Source: Podarcis filfolensis (taxonomy: Eukaryota). From it: a stretch of DNA of 64,000 nucleotides. The notes under the pieces were generated by a model. The model had not been told where the DNA came from. It made no database searches and saw nothing but the letters and a program-made list of their open reading frames with translations. Position numbers and translations under genes: made by a program. Position 1 is the stretch's first letter, and every line of letters starts with the position of its first letter. The DNA lies in NCBI GenBank assembly GCA_964270895.1, contig OZ185445.1. One strand, 5' to 3'. Shown piece by piece: positions 26,662-39,295 of the stretch.

Positions 26662-29600
26662 ATCTCAGCGTCTCACAGCTACTCAGCTTCCCTCCCCAAA
26701 AACCTGATATAGATCAAAGGGCCCAGGAAGCCCAAATCCAGGGGGGCATGTTCAATCTGATTTAATTTGAGATTAGACCATAAATTGAGTGTACATGCAT
26801 CATGCGGTAGAATATGGCTTTTTACTTTTAAGAAAGTTGCATGGATAGTAATTTGAATCCATAATGGTGACTGCTGGCCAAAAAAAAGGGAGGGGGGAGC
26901 CAGAGTGGCAGTTATTGTCCAAAAAGTAGATGACCCTTGGCTTTCAAAAAGTGAAATAAAATTGGTAAGGGGGTTAGGATTATGCCTAGAGAGAGAGCCC
27001 CGTGCCAGAAGAATCTAATTTTCAAACAAAGAGCTGACATACCAGAAACACAGCCAACCATTACCTCAGAAGTTCATCTGAAACTGTCCCAAGGAAAATA
27101 CCTGACAGGGTATGCTCTGAATCAAGCTTCTTTATTACAACAAAAGCACATTTTCTTAGTAAATGTCATCTAGTTTTTCTTGGGCATAAAAGAGCAAAGA
27201 AAGAATTGGGGACCTAGGAGTCTGAAACATCAGGCCCACCTTTGCCCCATTCTCTCTCTCTCTCGCTCTCTCTCTCTCCTGTTTCAAATTCTAAATCTCC
27301 CATTCCCTAACGAAAACATGCACAAAAGGAACACATATGAGCAGTGATTTAACAGGTGGAGGAGAAATAAATCCTTCTCCCATCTGTTTTCGAAAGAGAA
27401 CTGAAGCATTACTTGATAAATCTAGCACAAAATTGCTGGCAGATTTTAGCAACTGTTCCCATTTCAATTTTGGTAAATATTTGTTGTCAAATCAAAAGAA
27501 CAAGAAATTAGGAAAATGAATAGTTTGTCACAAGCTCCCCAATGGCACCACAATGTCAGCCACTTATTTCAAAGGTCTCCCATTGTTGTTCTTAATTGTT
27601 ACCTGAACACAAAAGGCTAATGTGGTTTGCAGTCAGAAACTGCCTCTACTTAGAAACCAGCTATTCTGAGTAAGATCAAGGTTTCTTATGAAGGAAGATG
27701 GCAAATGCTCCAAACTTTTGCCATCCCTCAGCAGAAACAACTTCTCTGCCTCCAACCCTAATAAGCTGATTTTATAAAGACCTGGAATAAATTTTCTAGG
27801 CCACAGGATGGATGGCTAGGGCATATTAATTTACTAGAATTATCATTACCTGGGACCATTTTGTGGCAGGATCCTTGCCTCATAAAAACCCCTATTTCCA
27901 TAGTAATATTGAGCTCATTACAGCCTCAAACCTTCTGCACTATCCATAGCTCTGCTAGAGAATTTTACGACCCATGATTTATGAAAATCATTTAAAGTGT
28001 TGAAAGTACCGTGCTGCTTTCCTTCAGTCCTGCAGAGGAGGAAATCCCCAACAACCCTGTTTTAGAACGGCAGAAATCAAATGGCAAGAGGTTTCAGCCT
28101 GCCCTGAGTGGGAATTGCAGCCAATCACAGCTCCTGCAACTTTCCCACGTCTTCCTTGCATGCATCTCGCCTTCAAGCATCAAAGCAAAGTGCGCATCAG
28201 GGAAGTGGTTGTTCCCCTAATGTGTGGAGCAGCCTTCAGTCTGTGAGTGAGCAAGGATGAGAGTCCAGCTCTCCCAAGCCCAACACTTGTTCAACTTGAT
28301 GTTCTTCCTTCTGAAGCACAGCTACGACACAACACGTTAAAAGTATTTGGAAAACTGCTTTAAGCAGGGAAAGATGAAGTATTGGGGGAAGACATGAGGC
28401 TTCTCTTGGAAAGTGGGAGTTGGTGTCATCCCACCATCCAGAGCCCTGTCATACACTGCAGAAGCACTGAGTGCCTTCCATGTGTGCATCTGGTATGCCC
28501 CATAAATGTGGGAGATGCACATGCAGAGTACACTATGACTTGATGTTGCCGCTGTGGGAAGCCACTGTGGTTCTGGCCTGGGCGCATGGACTGCAGGGTT
28601 CTGAGAGAAGTCATTCTCCCACACGGGGCAATGTGTCAAACTGTCCTAGGCATGATGTTCCGTCTTTGTATACTGCACACAGCAGAAGGAGGAGGGGAGA
28701 GAGAGCCTCATCTTTATCCTTGGAGACAGGTGCTGCTGCCAAGTGTGGTGGAGGGGGCTACCACTTGGGCGCAATTTCAGGAAACATGCATCACACATGA
28801 GAGTCTGGAATCAGGTGGGAAACTGAAAGCGCCTTTGCCACTATACCCAAGGGTCAACTGCAAAGGTGCAATTTCAAATATGTGCAAATCTTTTGCTTAT
28901 TTTAGCGAGTGAGCAGGTGGTGCCTCCCCCCGCCCCCAAGACATGGTCCTTTTGCAGCTCAGTAGTACATAAGGACCAAAGCAGCTCCCTGAATCTTACT
29001 GGGTGACGCTTCTGATGAATTTTGCTTCTGCTCTTCCGCTTTGCTCTCCTTCAAGTCTCCTTATTGCTGCCTAAAGTCAAGCTCCACTGTTCTGAAGTTT
29101 GATTTTCACAAACCCTCAAAGGTAAAACACGAAGCCTAACCCAAATGGAATCTCAAGTGCCTACAATCGCTAGGAAGCAGCTCACATGGACCCCACAACT
29201 GATTATCATCTGAACAGTCCTCAATATAAACTCCACAGAAGAGGGCTCTTGATATAAGGCGCATGACAAACATAACGGAGGGTACAATCCACATGAATTC
29301 TGCACTCCAACAGAACACCTCTTCTGTGGATTTCTCAAGGGGCATCATTACATGGAGGGAAACAGTGTTCTAGCGGAGCTCTTCCTTGGGGGTGGTTATT
29401 TAAACATTTCAGGCGATTTCAGCTTCCCTGGCAAATTTATATGGGAAATGGCAACTGGCTCCTGGTTCAATATTTCCTGTGAAAGTAAAGAGACATGGAA
29501 AAGCTCATGCTTCCAAGTGGATGGTATTGGAAACACTTTCCCAACATGCTTTCAGTTTGCCAAGAAGCAGATCTGAAGTCAATGTCTGCTTCCTTGGAGA

Positions 29601-29849
29601 TAGAACATCACAAATCATTTGGCAGACCTCCAGAAACTGGGGTTTTGTGTTTTTTGTTGTTGTTTTGTTTTTGCATTTGTTAAGGGTGCAGAGATAGGGC
29701 AGCCTTTGTCTTTGGCTCTTATCATCTGCTATCTCTGACCAAACTTCAATAAACCATTTCTATTTAATCATTCTGCCTGCAGCTGCTAAACTTTCTGACA
29801 AAAAATGAGCAAGCATTTCACCAGCAAATCTCAAGAACTTTGGGAGTAC

Positions 29850-32196
29850 CTGAATGAATCTCTTCAGCCGAGGAAGTCCAGCTTGCCTCCTGGGCCAGTT
29901 CCTTCAAGAGCCTCCGACGCATCTGCCTCTTTTCCCTCAGGACATTCTTGAAGTTGTTGATGCACTTGTTCAGGTAGATGGTCTCGGCACACACCTTCTC
30001 AAGGCTCATAGGTCGGCACCCGCCGGGCTGCACAGGCGCAGAACCCGGATCCTGCTGGGCCTCTCCAGAGGGGAAGGGCTGCTCCACACAGCTCTCGGAA
30101 TCCGGTGGGGGCACCAGGTCGGGGACCGGAGCTTTGTCAAGAGGCAATGAAGCACTGGGAAGAGTTCTCTGCATCAGGCCCACACTGTCACTGCTCACAG
30201 TCGTGTTAGCCTGGCTCTCAGAAGACTGACTAGGGGGAGTTTCAGCAAAGGTATCCAAGCTGCCATGCACACTTGGGCTACGGAGGGCAGGAGCTGGCTC
30301 ATTGTTCATATGGAAGCTCTTTTCCCCTTCAAGGAGGACTTCTGGGTCCCCGGTCTCCAGTTTGTGGAACACCACCTGCAGCGCAGACCGGAAATGATTC
30401 AGTGCTTTGCCCAGTTTGTTAGTGTAAAACCTCATGTCCACAAGATCAATGCTGTCCCGAGAGTGCTCAAGGAAGTACTGGGAATTTTCTAGGACATCCC
30501 TGAAGACCTGATCAGTTGGGTCTTGCTCGTTCAGGTCAATCTGGATCATGTCTTTGAGCGTCTCACTGCTGTCAACCAATTTGCGCAGAGCGCCATCACA
30601 GCCGGGAGTGGTCATGGCCACCGGTGCCTCCTCCAGGAGACTGACTTGCTCAGGACTGAGAAACTCCAGCGTGGTGGCATCACAGTCCGTCTCGCTTTCC
30701 CCTGGAGTCAGCCCTCCTGCTTGGTCCTCTTCCACAGGGGAGGAGCTGCCCTTGGTGGCATTTTCAGCATCTGAGGCACGTCCCCCTCCTCCCTCACACA
30801 AGGCGGGCACCTTGCCCAAGTACTCCGGGGATGGCAAGGAATCCCTGCCTGTGTTCTCATGCCCAGGGCCTTCCAGCTTCTTGTGGGATGCATCAAGGAC
30901 TCCAGCAGAAGAGCTGCTTTTGTGCAAAGTCTGCTCACTACTGCCCATTATTTGCACAACTCTCCCCACTTTTTCTTCAAGTTCACCAATTAAGTTGCTC
31001 TTCCTAGGTAGGGTGGATTTTGGTTGAAAGTTAAGCCTCTCCCCTACGTGGCGGTGAACCTCTTGGCAGGTGTTTTCCTGCTGAGCCTGGCAAGAGTCCA
31101 CTTGGAGCTGCCCATCTCCGTCCGTCCTGACCACCTCCCCACGAATGTGCAAGGAGCCCCAGTGGTTCCCACTCTGGCCTGGCGAGGGCAAGGTGCCCAG
31201 CTGTGCCCCAGGACCCACCTGGCCATTCTGCTGGCTTTGCTCACCACTGGCCACAATGGTAACTCCTGCACTTTGCAAAAGAATCGATTTCTGGAGAATG
31301 AAGTCTCGCTGCTCAGCGTTAGCAAGCTTTACAACAGCGGGTCGTGGGGCCAGCTGCTTGCCTGTTGCTGCACCAGATCTGTAAGCATCCTTGATGTACT
31401 TGCTACGCTGAATGCCATTGAAACAGTGGTACTCTGACAAGAAACGGTGGACTAGCTCCTTGGTGTTCTCCCCCTCCTGCTCTGGGATGCCATAAAAATA
31501 CAACACTGGCTCTCTGATGGGCCCTCCCAGGAGGGGCTCCCTGACCTTGGCCTTTGGCAATGGGGAGTTTTTGCTGGTGGGGCCAGAGCTGCTCTGCAGG
31601 CCCTCAATCTCGCTCAGAACAGTGTCCACGCAGCTGGAGACTTCGTCCACAGAGCCTTTGATCAAGGTGAGGTGCTGCTGGAGCTCAGCAATCTCGGTCT
31701 GGATGCGACTTATCCCTTGGAGCTCTTTCACGATGTACTCAATGACATCGGCAGAGCGGTCTCTGGGCCCAGGGCTGCAGGGAGTGTAGGCAAGGGGCTT
31801 ACTTGGAGGGCAGGGCCCTTCCCCTTCTCTTTCCCCAGCAACTCCCCTCCAGCCGGTGCCAAGGCTCAAGGCAGCGAGATCGGCTTGCCCCTTGGGGCTC
31901 TCCATTTGCTCCAGAAGGCTCTCTGCAGCCAGGCGGCCAGAGACGCCCCCTAAGTCACACTGGCTTGGAACTAACGCTCGTGGGGCTTCGATGTATCCAT
32001 CCCAGTCCAGCCCACCTTTACTGGCCTCCCTGGTCCCAGGGCTCCTCCCCTGAGCAGCGGAAAAGTCACTGCTTGCAGATTTCCTATTGACGCCACACAC
32101 AAAGGCGTCCGTTTCTATTTCCACGAGGGAAAGCTGCTGGTGGTGATTCTGGCTCAGGGAGAGCTCGCTCGCCGGCCCTTGCAGAAGCTTCTTCAT
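29850..32196 (-). CDS. UNC13B: bMunc13-2 (brain-type) alternative N-terminal exon, 782 codons + 1 nt, starting MKKLLQ
   Basis: ATG at 32196 in an AAGATG context aligns with rodent bMunc13-2 MKRLL. It carries ELQGISRIQTEIAELQQHL, LGKALNHFRSALQVVFHKLE (30355-30414) and CAETIYLNKCINNFKNVLREKR (to about 29896), the last two being the bMunc13-2 CaM sites. Donor TCAG|GTACTC is phase 1. An alternative in-frame ATG lies at 32325. Confidence 0.92.
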
Positions 32197-32503
32197 CTTC
32201 TCCTCCAGAAACAGCAGGGCCTTCTGCTTCTGAGAGGGCTGCCCAGTTAGGAGTTTCACAGCAGACGTTCTAAGCACAGAAGCAATGTCATCTTCTAGCC
32301 TTAGGGTGCCTCTGCCGGCGCACATCCTCAGTGGCCGTGTTGGCGCCCTCTCATCATGCCACAAAGCAGCAGAGGCCTGTGCCCCTCGCTGCCCGCCCAG
32401 CAAGGCTCTCTCGGCCAAGGATTAAGACTCATCAGAAGCCGCTGTCAAGAGAAGGGACAGAGACGCTGTGTATCGGAGTCAGTGGAGAAAAAAGCGATGC
32501 ACA

Positions 32504-32507
<4 letters not shown>

Positions 32508-32540
<33 letters not shown>
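32508..32540. repeat. (CA)n microsatellite, (UG)n in the pre-mRNA
   Basis: Direct reading. Confidence 0.95.
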
Positions 32541-32543
<3 letters not shown>

Positions 32544-33637
32544 CTTGGGCCACGTAATCGAACAAAATTGCACCCGTGCAGCAGGACAAATCTATTTTTG
32601 CAAGCATGCCGGTATAACCTGCTGTTCCATTTCAGCCTTCCAACTGAATGAAGGTCCTGGGGCTAAGTGGTGTGCAGGAAGGTCTCCCTGACTCTTGCAA
32701 CAAGTAAAGGCTGCCTTCACCTTCCCCCAAATTTGCCTTATGAGAATGGTTTCCTTTTCCACCAGGGAGACTGGAATTTTATCAAAACTGAAGTCTTAGC
32801 AGCAGAGCCCTCTCTATTTATCCCCCTCAAGTACAATACCCTGGCGTATCCATTACCTGCCTAAAGTGCTCCTTGGCATGCAGCCAGCAGCTCTGCCCTG
32901 CTCCCTAAGAGGCGCAGGCACAAGCCAGTTCCAGCTTCAAGGTACGTCTTTGTATGGGCACAGATTTGTCTGTGTGCAGCTATCATTTTCGCAAGAAAAA
33001 TGATGAAAGAACACACAGAAAAGGCCTTGCCTGCATACAGAAGCTTTCTTTTTATAGCTTTAAGGTCATCTGCTAATATCCGAAAATCAGTTAAGGGAAG
33101 GCTCAGCACAACCACTTAGTCCTTGTCCCTTAATGAAGATAGAGGCAAGTGAACAGAACATTCTCCCCCTCCCCATGTTGAAGGTTAGATTGCAATCTCC
33201 TTGGCGGCAGGAATACACTTCTTTTTATGAATTTAACAAAATTTGCGTGCCACTTCACTGCGCAAAAAAACTTAAGCGGTTTGGAAGAAGATAGGTGCCT
33301 CTTTCCTTGCTGTTACTCCAGTGGGCCCTAGTGGCATGAGATGCGTATATAATGCAGAAGACATTTTTATTGGGCCACCTCCTCACAACTGTGAAATAGG
33401 CAAGGTTTCACAGCATTGAAACCTTGGACAATTACATAATTCTACACCAACTGCGACTGGCCTAGTGAGCAAGAAACTCAGCCAGTTTCTGCAACTATTA
33501 TTTTGCATCGGTAAGAAAGATTTACCATAAATCTGGTGAGAGTTAACATTTGCAGTTGTTCCTTAAAAATAAATAGGGGTAAAATAGTGGGTGCTGAAGG
33601 GTCCTGGAGGAGGAGGAGGAGGAGGAGAGGAACAGGC

Positions 33638-33806
33638 ACTCGAGGCAGAGCCAGGAAGTCCAGTTAAACCCAGTGACACCACTGAGACCGAGAAAGCTAA
33701 GATCCAGGACAAAGCAGGCATTCCCCCTGACCAGCAGAGGCTGATCTTTGCTGGGAAGCAGCTGGAAGATGGCTGCACGCTCTCCAACTACAACATCCAG
33801 AAGGAC
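33638..33806 (+). pseudogene. Truncated ubiquitin retro-fragment
   Basis: Translates LEAEP...[46 protein letters not shown] versus ubiquitin [49 protein letters not shown]. It lacks the N-terminus and the C-terminal LRLRGG. Confidence 0.9.
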
Positions 33807-36800
33807 CCTCCTCAAAAAGGGGTGCCCTCTGTTCCAGCAAGCACCCCAGCCTGGCCCAGCACAGCGGGGTCTGCCGACACTCAGCTCCATTCAGAAACTG
33901 CTGGAGCAGCGAAACAAAACCCGCTTTTCCATGCTCAGTATTCAGCATCCCAGAGCAGCATATTGTGTGAAGCACCGTCTCTTTCCCAGTTCTACTGAAA
34001 GCTGTCTGCTTTTCTGCTTACTTTTCTGACTATGGACTGGAAGGCTGGGGCGGAAATCTTAATAATTAAGAAGACAACTTTTTTCCGATGGAAAAAGCTT
34101 CAATTTTGTTTAAGAGAAAAAGCCGCCGGACTGTTTGGGACGTGTCTGCAGGATTGGCCTGCTACTTGTGCGTTCTCTTGAGGGCGAGCGGCATCGCCCT
34201 GCAAAATCTCGTTTCTTCTGAGGGCACATCAATGACAGTGCCACCGTTTCAGCCCACAGAGTAAGCAGCCATTCATTTCCAGCGTCAAAGAACACTAACT
34301 ATCTCTAAGTGACTAAGCACATTGGAGCAGGGGGGGCAGGACTGGAGACGCAGGCATTGGAAAGAGGGGTCTGTACCGAAAGATGGCTGCCCCCCAGATG
34401 AAGTTTCACACCTCACCCCAAGTGCAGGAACAATCTCCTAAGAGGAGATGCACTGCTTTGGGAGTGGGGGCAGGAAGAGAGGCATTTATCGCTAGAAACC
34501 TTGTTTGAAGTTTGCTGGGCTTGCAACTTCCACTGAAACCGTTAAGGACCGTAATGGGAACGGGTGCAAAAAAAAAGCTTATCCCCAGAAGCTCAGGCTG
34601 GATAAGCAGTTTATGAAAATATGCAATAAAAACATTCTAAGTTGTTAAAAGCACTAAGACCAGCCCCAGAAAGGAAATATTTTATTTTTTCATGTTTAAG
34701 CTTTGCAGTCAGCAGAGAAAGGACACTCCTTAGCTGTGGGGCACCCCACAAGAGCCCCCACCTACAAGCCCCTGCTATTCAAAGCTGGCCTGACAGGCAG
34801 AGGGCACCATCCAGCAGCCACGTTGTTCCTAATGAGCCGCAAGGGAGTCGGCAAGTAAAACCCCAAATTGCTGCCAAGGAGGTGGCAGAGACCTAGCAGG
34901 GAGCACAAGGGAAAACAAGGTGCAGGCCCTTTGGGTGCCATCACATGCTCTGTATCAGGGTGGCTAAATTGTGTGCAGGCTGAGAACCACATTGGCCCTC
35001 TGGGGGTAGCATATCAAAGGGGGAGGGGCAGAGCACATTGTGGGCATCTTTCAAAAGGGCACACGGGGGCAGGTCTTGGGGAGCTACAAAAAACCCCCCA
35101 CCTCTTGGCAGCATGGTATCACAGCAGGGAACCTAGGGGAAGTAGTCAATAATAAAAAAATTAAAATGGGGGAAATTGGGGGGGGGTCCTATCTGGGGCA
35201 CAAACTTCTGGGCATCATGGAATCACAACAAACCAATTACTCTTTTTTGAGTCTGGAGTTCTATGACTCCCCAAGGATATTTGTGTTCCTGGAGAAGACA
35301 AAGGCTTGGAGAAGGAGAATCGTGGCCAAAGCAACAAAGTTTGGGAACTGGCAGGTGGAGGAGGGGATTTATAGCTTTCAGCTCTCTGCCAGTCCAACAG
35401 TGGGTAGGGAGGGAACATGGAGGGCAGTGTCAGGATTTGACCTTAGGATTTCTTCTGGTCCTAAACTCATCTCAGCAGCAATCAAACTGGATCTTGTGGT
35501 TGCAGCATACAGCTGATCAGATACCCTGAGCAACCACCACAGCAACAAGGGAGAGAGAAGGGGAGTTTTTATAAAAGCACTCCAATCTCCAACCCCACCC
35601 ATGGGGGGCTGATGGATAGCAGCAGCACATCTAGGATGAGACAAGGAAAGAGTCCCTCTCCTGCTGAGATCTTCCTCCAGTAGACTCTCAAAATAGCATT
35701 CAAGAAGGCTGCACATTGTGAACATGTGTATCTGCCTCTTACGGTGACTGAAACTATGGGGAAATAAAGAGCAAGTGTGACGATAGCTAGGTAGCCTTGC
35801 AATTCTGCTAACCAGCTTTCAGGTGATAAAGGATGCTCCTTTGGTATTAAGGGCCCAGAAAAACTCATTTGAAGATAAGCTGATCCAGTCAAAGATACTG
35901 TTGCCTTGCAATAATGCAGCCATTAAGATGCTGAAATAGCTAACTGTAGCTCCTGGGAAAGCCAATCAAGTTGGAAACATTGATCAAGAAGAGTTAAACA
36001 GCAAGACACTCCTTGTCTCCTAATGCTAAGGATCACCCAAGTAAACTGATTGGAAGCACAACACAGAACTCACACACAAAATTCACCACCGCAAGGCACC
36101 ATGTGGCGAAATGGCTGGGGAAGCTTTTTTCAAGGCTGACACAAATCTGTCTGATAGACACGGGCAAAGCTATTAGCCATGGAAGATGGGCTAGTGTAGG
36201 TTTTCCATCTGTCTTTGGCAGCCGTCTCGCTCTGGAGAACCTGAGCAACCTCAGCAACAAGGCCTCCGGGCTCCTCCCTCCTGCCAGTCTTGTAAGCCTG
36301 GACAGCAATGGGCTGGGTGGGCCTGGGCCTAATCCTGCAAGGCAAACCTGGCCGCCTTGCTTTGGGTTAGGCTTGCAAGGCTACAGCAGAAGCCGGAGAA
36401 TGAAAACTCACAGCTGAGTGCCAAAGGAAAGGTTGCTATGGCAGCCCTTCTCGACATGCGGCAATTCTGACACTTGCTGGGAATTCTTACACGGCACCTT
36501 TTATGGCCAACGGAGGACTGCGCCTGCTTCAAACGAGGCCTGGCCAACGTGCCGGGATGATGCTGCTTTCTTGGCTCCATCATCCCTGGAGGCTGGCAAG
36601 CAAAGATTGCAATTGCAATTTGATGACACTTCAGGACGACAGTTTCTGTCCTCGTCGCTTGCTTCCCAAACTGTTTATTTTCTAAAGCCTGATCTGCCAA
36701 TAAGCAAGCTGCTAATCTCAGCGAGAGCTGAAGCAGGCACTACGCGGCTGGATGAATCACATTTCGGAAGGTAGAGAGCCGAATGAGAACGCTTATCAAA

Positions 36801-38958
36801 GGGAAAATATTCTAAACTCCAGCCAGAGCAAGCACATGCGCTAGCAAGTCGCTCACCAAGCTCAGAAGGGAATTGAGACTCAGATCAAAATGTTTATAGA
36901 AGAAAACGGGAAGCAAAGAGAAGGATGCAAAATAAACAGATGTGGAGAAGATACAGCTGCCTGAGATGCTACAGCTGCTGATCAGGGCAGACAATGCTGA
37001 GCTCAATGGGCCTGACTCCTAGGTTTCTACATCCATCTCACTTGTTGCCAATCGCACCAAGATTCATGGGAGCCATTGCAGAGGCTCAGACTGGCACAGC
37101 CTCTTGTGCCAAGGAATGCATTTGGGAATGTAAAGGGACTCAGGCATCCCAAAACAAGCTACAGGTCCCATGACATCCTAGTTACATGGCAGTCAGAGGG
37201 GACACATGTGGCAGAAAGCAACAAAGCTTTCTGGGGATGAATGACAAGAACAGAACACAAACTGATTGGTACAAAAAGCCGGTGATAGAACTTGTCAAGT
37301 CACTCAGCCTTGAGTAACCAGTGCTGATTGCTGCAAGGCTCTGTCAGCCTAACCGCTTCCTCCTACGGAAGGGAGAGAAGCCACCTTGAAAGACCTTCCC
37401 ATTCTCCTCCTTGCTAAGAAAGCTTATCATTAATGCCTCATCAAGATAAGCTCTATGAACAAAACTGAGGCACCCATTAAATTTAGTTAACGTTAGAAGC
37501 ATTTCAACAATTGGCAGGTGACAATTTTCCTTCAGAAAGGTAAGTAAGCGTAAGGGTAAGCAAAAGTAAGCCTACGCAGACTAACCTACTCTTTGAACAA
37601 TCTAGAAGCAAAAGTCAACAGACATGGAAACCTACTCTTAGGAGCAAGGTATGAAAATTCCAGTGACATTCTCCATAGTTGAAGGAATAACAGATACATT
37701 GCAGCCAGATTCAGAAGACATTTGACCAACTGAGTGCAAAGTGCAAACACTTGAAATGTGCTTGGAAAGTCCTCTGGGAAAACCTGAAACTGGGGGCACA
37801 GATGCCCGGGGGGGGGGCAGTGGATTGGCCACTATTTGATCTATATGCTAAGAAACATGTTTCTTGTTGGCGAGAATGAAGTTTGGTTTCTGACAGCACG
37901 GCGAGGTATTTTGTCTCTGCTCCGCACGAGGATTCAAAGCAGGTTTTTAGCCAGGCAGACATGAAGCGGCAAGAGGCATGGCAGCTTCTGTATCCAAGGG
38001 TGATGCCAGCGCCCCTGGGAGAGCTGCAGGTCGGCCGCGGCCCATGCCAGGCTCCTCAGATCTCTTTCCCTCCAGACTCCTCTGCAAGGAAATTTGAAGC
38101 ATGCCAGTTGTTTGCACAAGGAACTTGGGTAAGTGATGTCTTGGACAATGGAGGCTGCCCGCTAAAAGCTGTCCTGGTGACACCCAAAAAGAAAAGCAAA
38201 CCACCTGCAAGCCTCCTGTGTCATTGATTTTATGTTTCTGAACAATCTCCATAAAAGAAATGAACTCTGGTGAATCTGTGCTAGATTGCCATTTCCAGGC
38301 AGCTGGCTGTGAAAGTTCACACCCCCTTTCCAAGACTGTGGGTCATCACTAACATGGGATTCTAACAGGAGCAGCAATGTGCACCCCTGTGAGGAAGGCT
38401 GCCTTTTTTCACTCCCAGTTAAACTCCAGGGCCTGGCAAACGGGGCTTCTGCAAAACCAGGACCAAAGTGCCCAGCCTGGGAATTAGAATGGCAAAGCAA
38501 GACTTCAAACAACAGTGAATTTCAGCACTCCCATTCCTCCCTGAGGAGCAACTCTCTGTCTCTTGTTCTTCCTTGTCAGCTTCACAAGTGGCGTCACACA
38601 ACAACTATGTGAGGCAGCAAGAAGCTTTTCCTATTTCTGCCTCTCGTGCAAAGCAGAATCCCAGCCAGGGATACTCACAACCCCCAACCCAGAGCTGGCT
38701 TCAGCCGGGAGAGATGCCAGGGTTCTCTTTGGATGAGGCAGAAGAAGGAATCGCAAGGCGCTCGGCACTTACGGCTCTGCCACCCACCAGCCTGTCTCCA
38801 GCCCCAGACGGGGGAAAGAGTTCAAGGGCAGAAAATATCTTCAGCTTTGTGTGCATGTGTGCTTCAATTTGGCGAAGTCGCTGCTGAACAAAATAATTCA
38901 ACAGGCTCCCTAACCATGTGCCCTTCAAATAAGATTCTTCACCATAAAGTAAGTAGTC

Positions 38959-39158
38959 NNNNNNNNNNNNNNNNNNNNNNNNNNNNNNNNNNNNNNNNNN
39001 NNNNNNNNNNNNNNNNNNNNNNNNNNNNNNNNNNNNNNNNNNNNNNNNNNNNNNNNNNNNNNNNNNNNNNNNNNNNNNNNNNNNNNNNNNNNNNNNNNNN
39101 NNNNNNNNNNNNNNNNNNNNNNNNNNNNNNNNNNNNNNNNNNNNNNNNNNNNNNNNNN
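38959..39158. other. Assembly gap (200 N)
   Basis: A run of exactly 200 N, probably a placeholder size. Confidence 0.99.
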
Positions 39159-39254
39159 AGTTTTATTATCCATTCAGTGGCAAAAAGCAATGTGACAAAA
39201 AGCAATGAACGAGCTCCTCCTCGGGAAAGATGAGAGCAGGCAGCACAGCAAGGC

Positions 39255-39256
<2 letters not shown>

Positions 39257-39292
<36 letters not shown>
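39257..39292. repeat. (AC)n microsatellite
   Basis: Direct reading. Confidence 0.95.

Positions 39293-39295
<3 letters not shown>

Noticed and set aside
29000-29070. 71-nt phase 0-2 pseudo-exon (AAIRRLEG...FIRSVTQ) with a GTAAGA donor
   Set aside because: It has a weak pyrimidine tract and no homology to Munc13, and the true 47-nt exon fills this slot.
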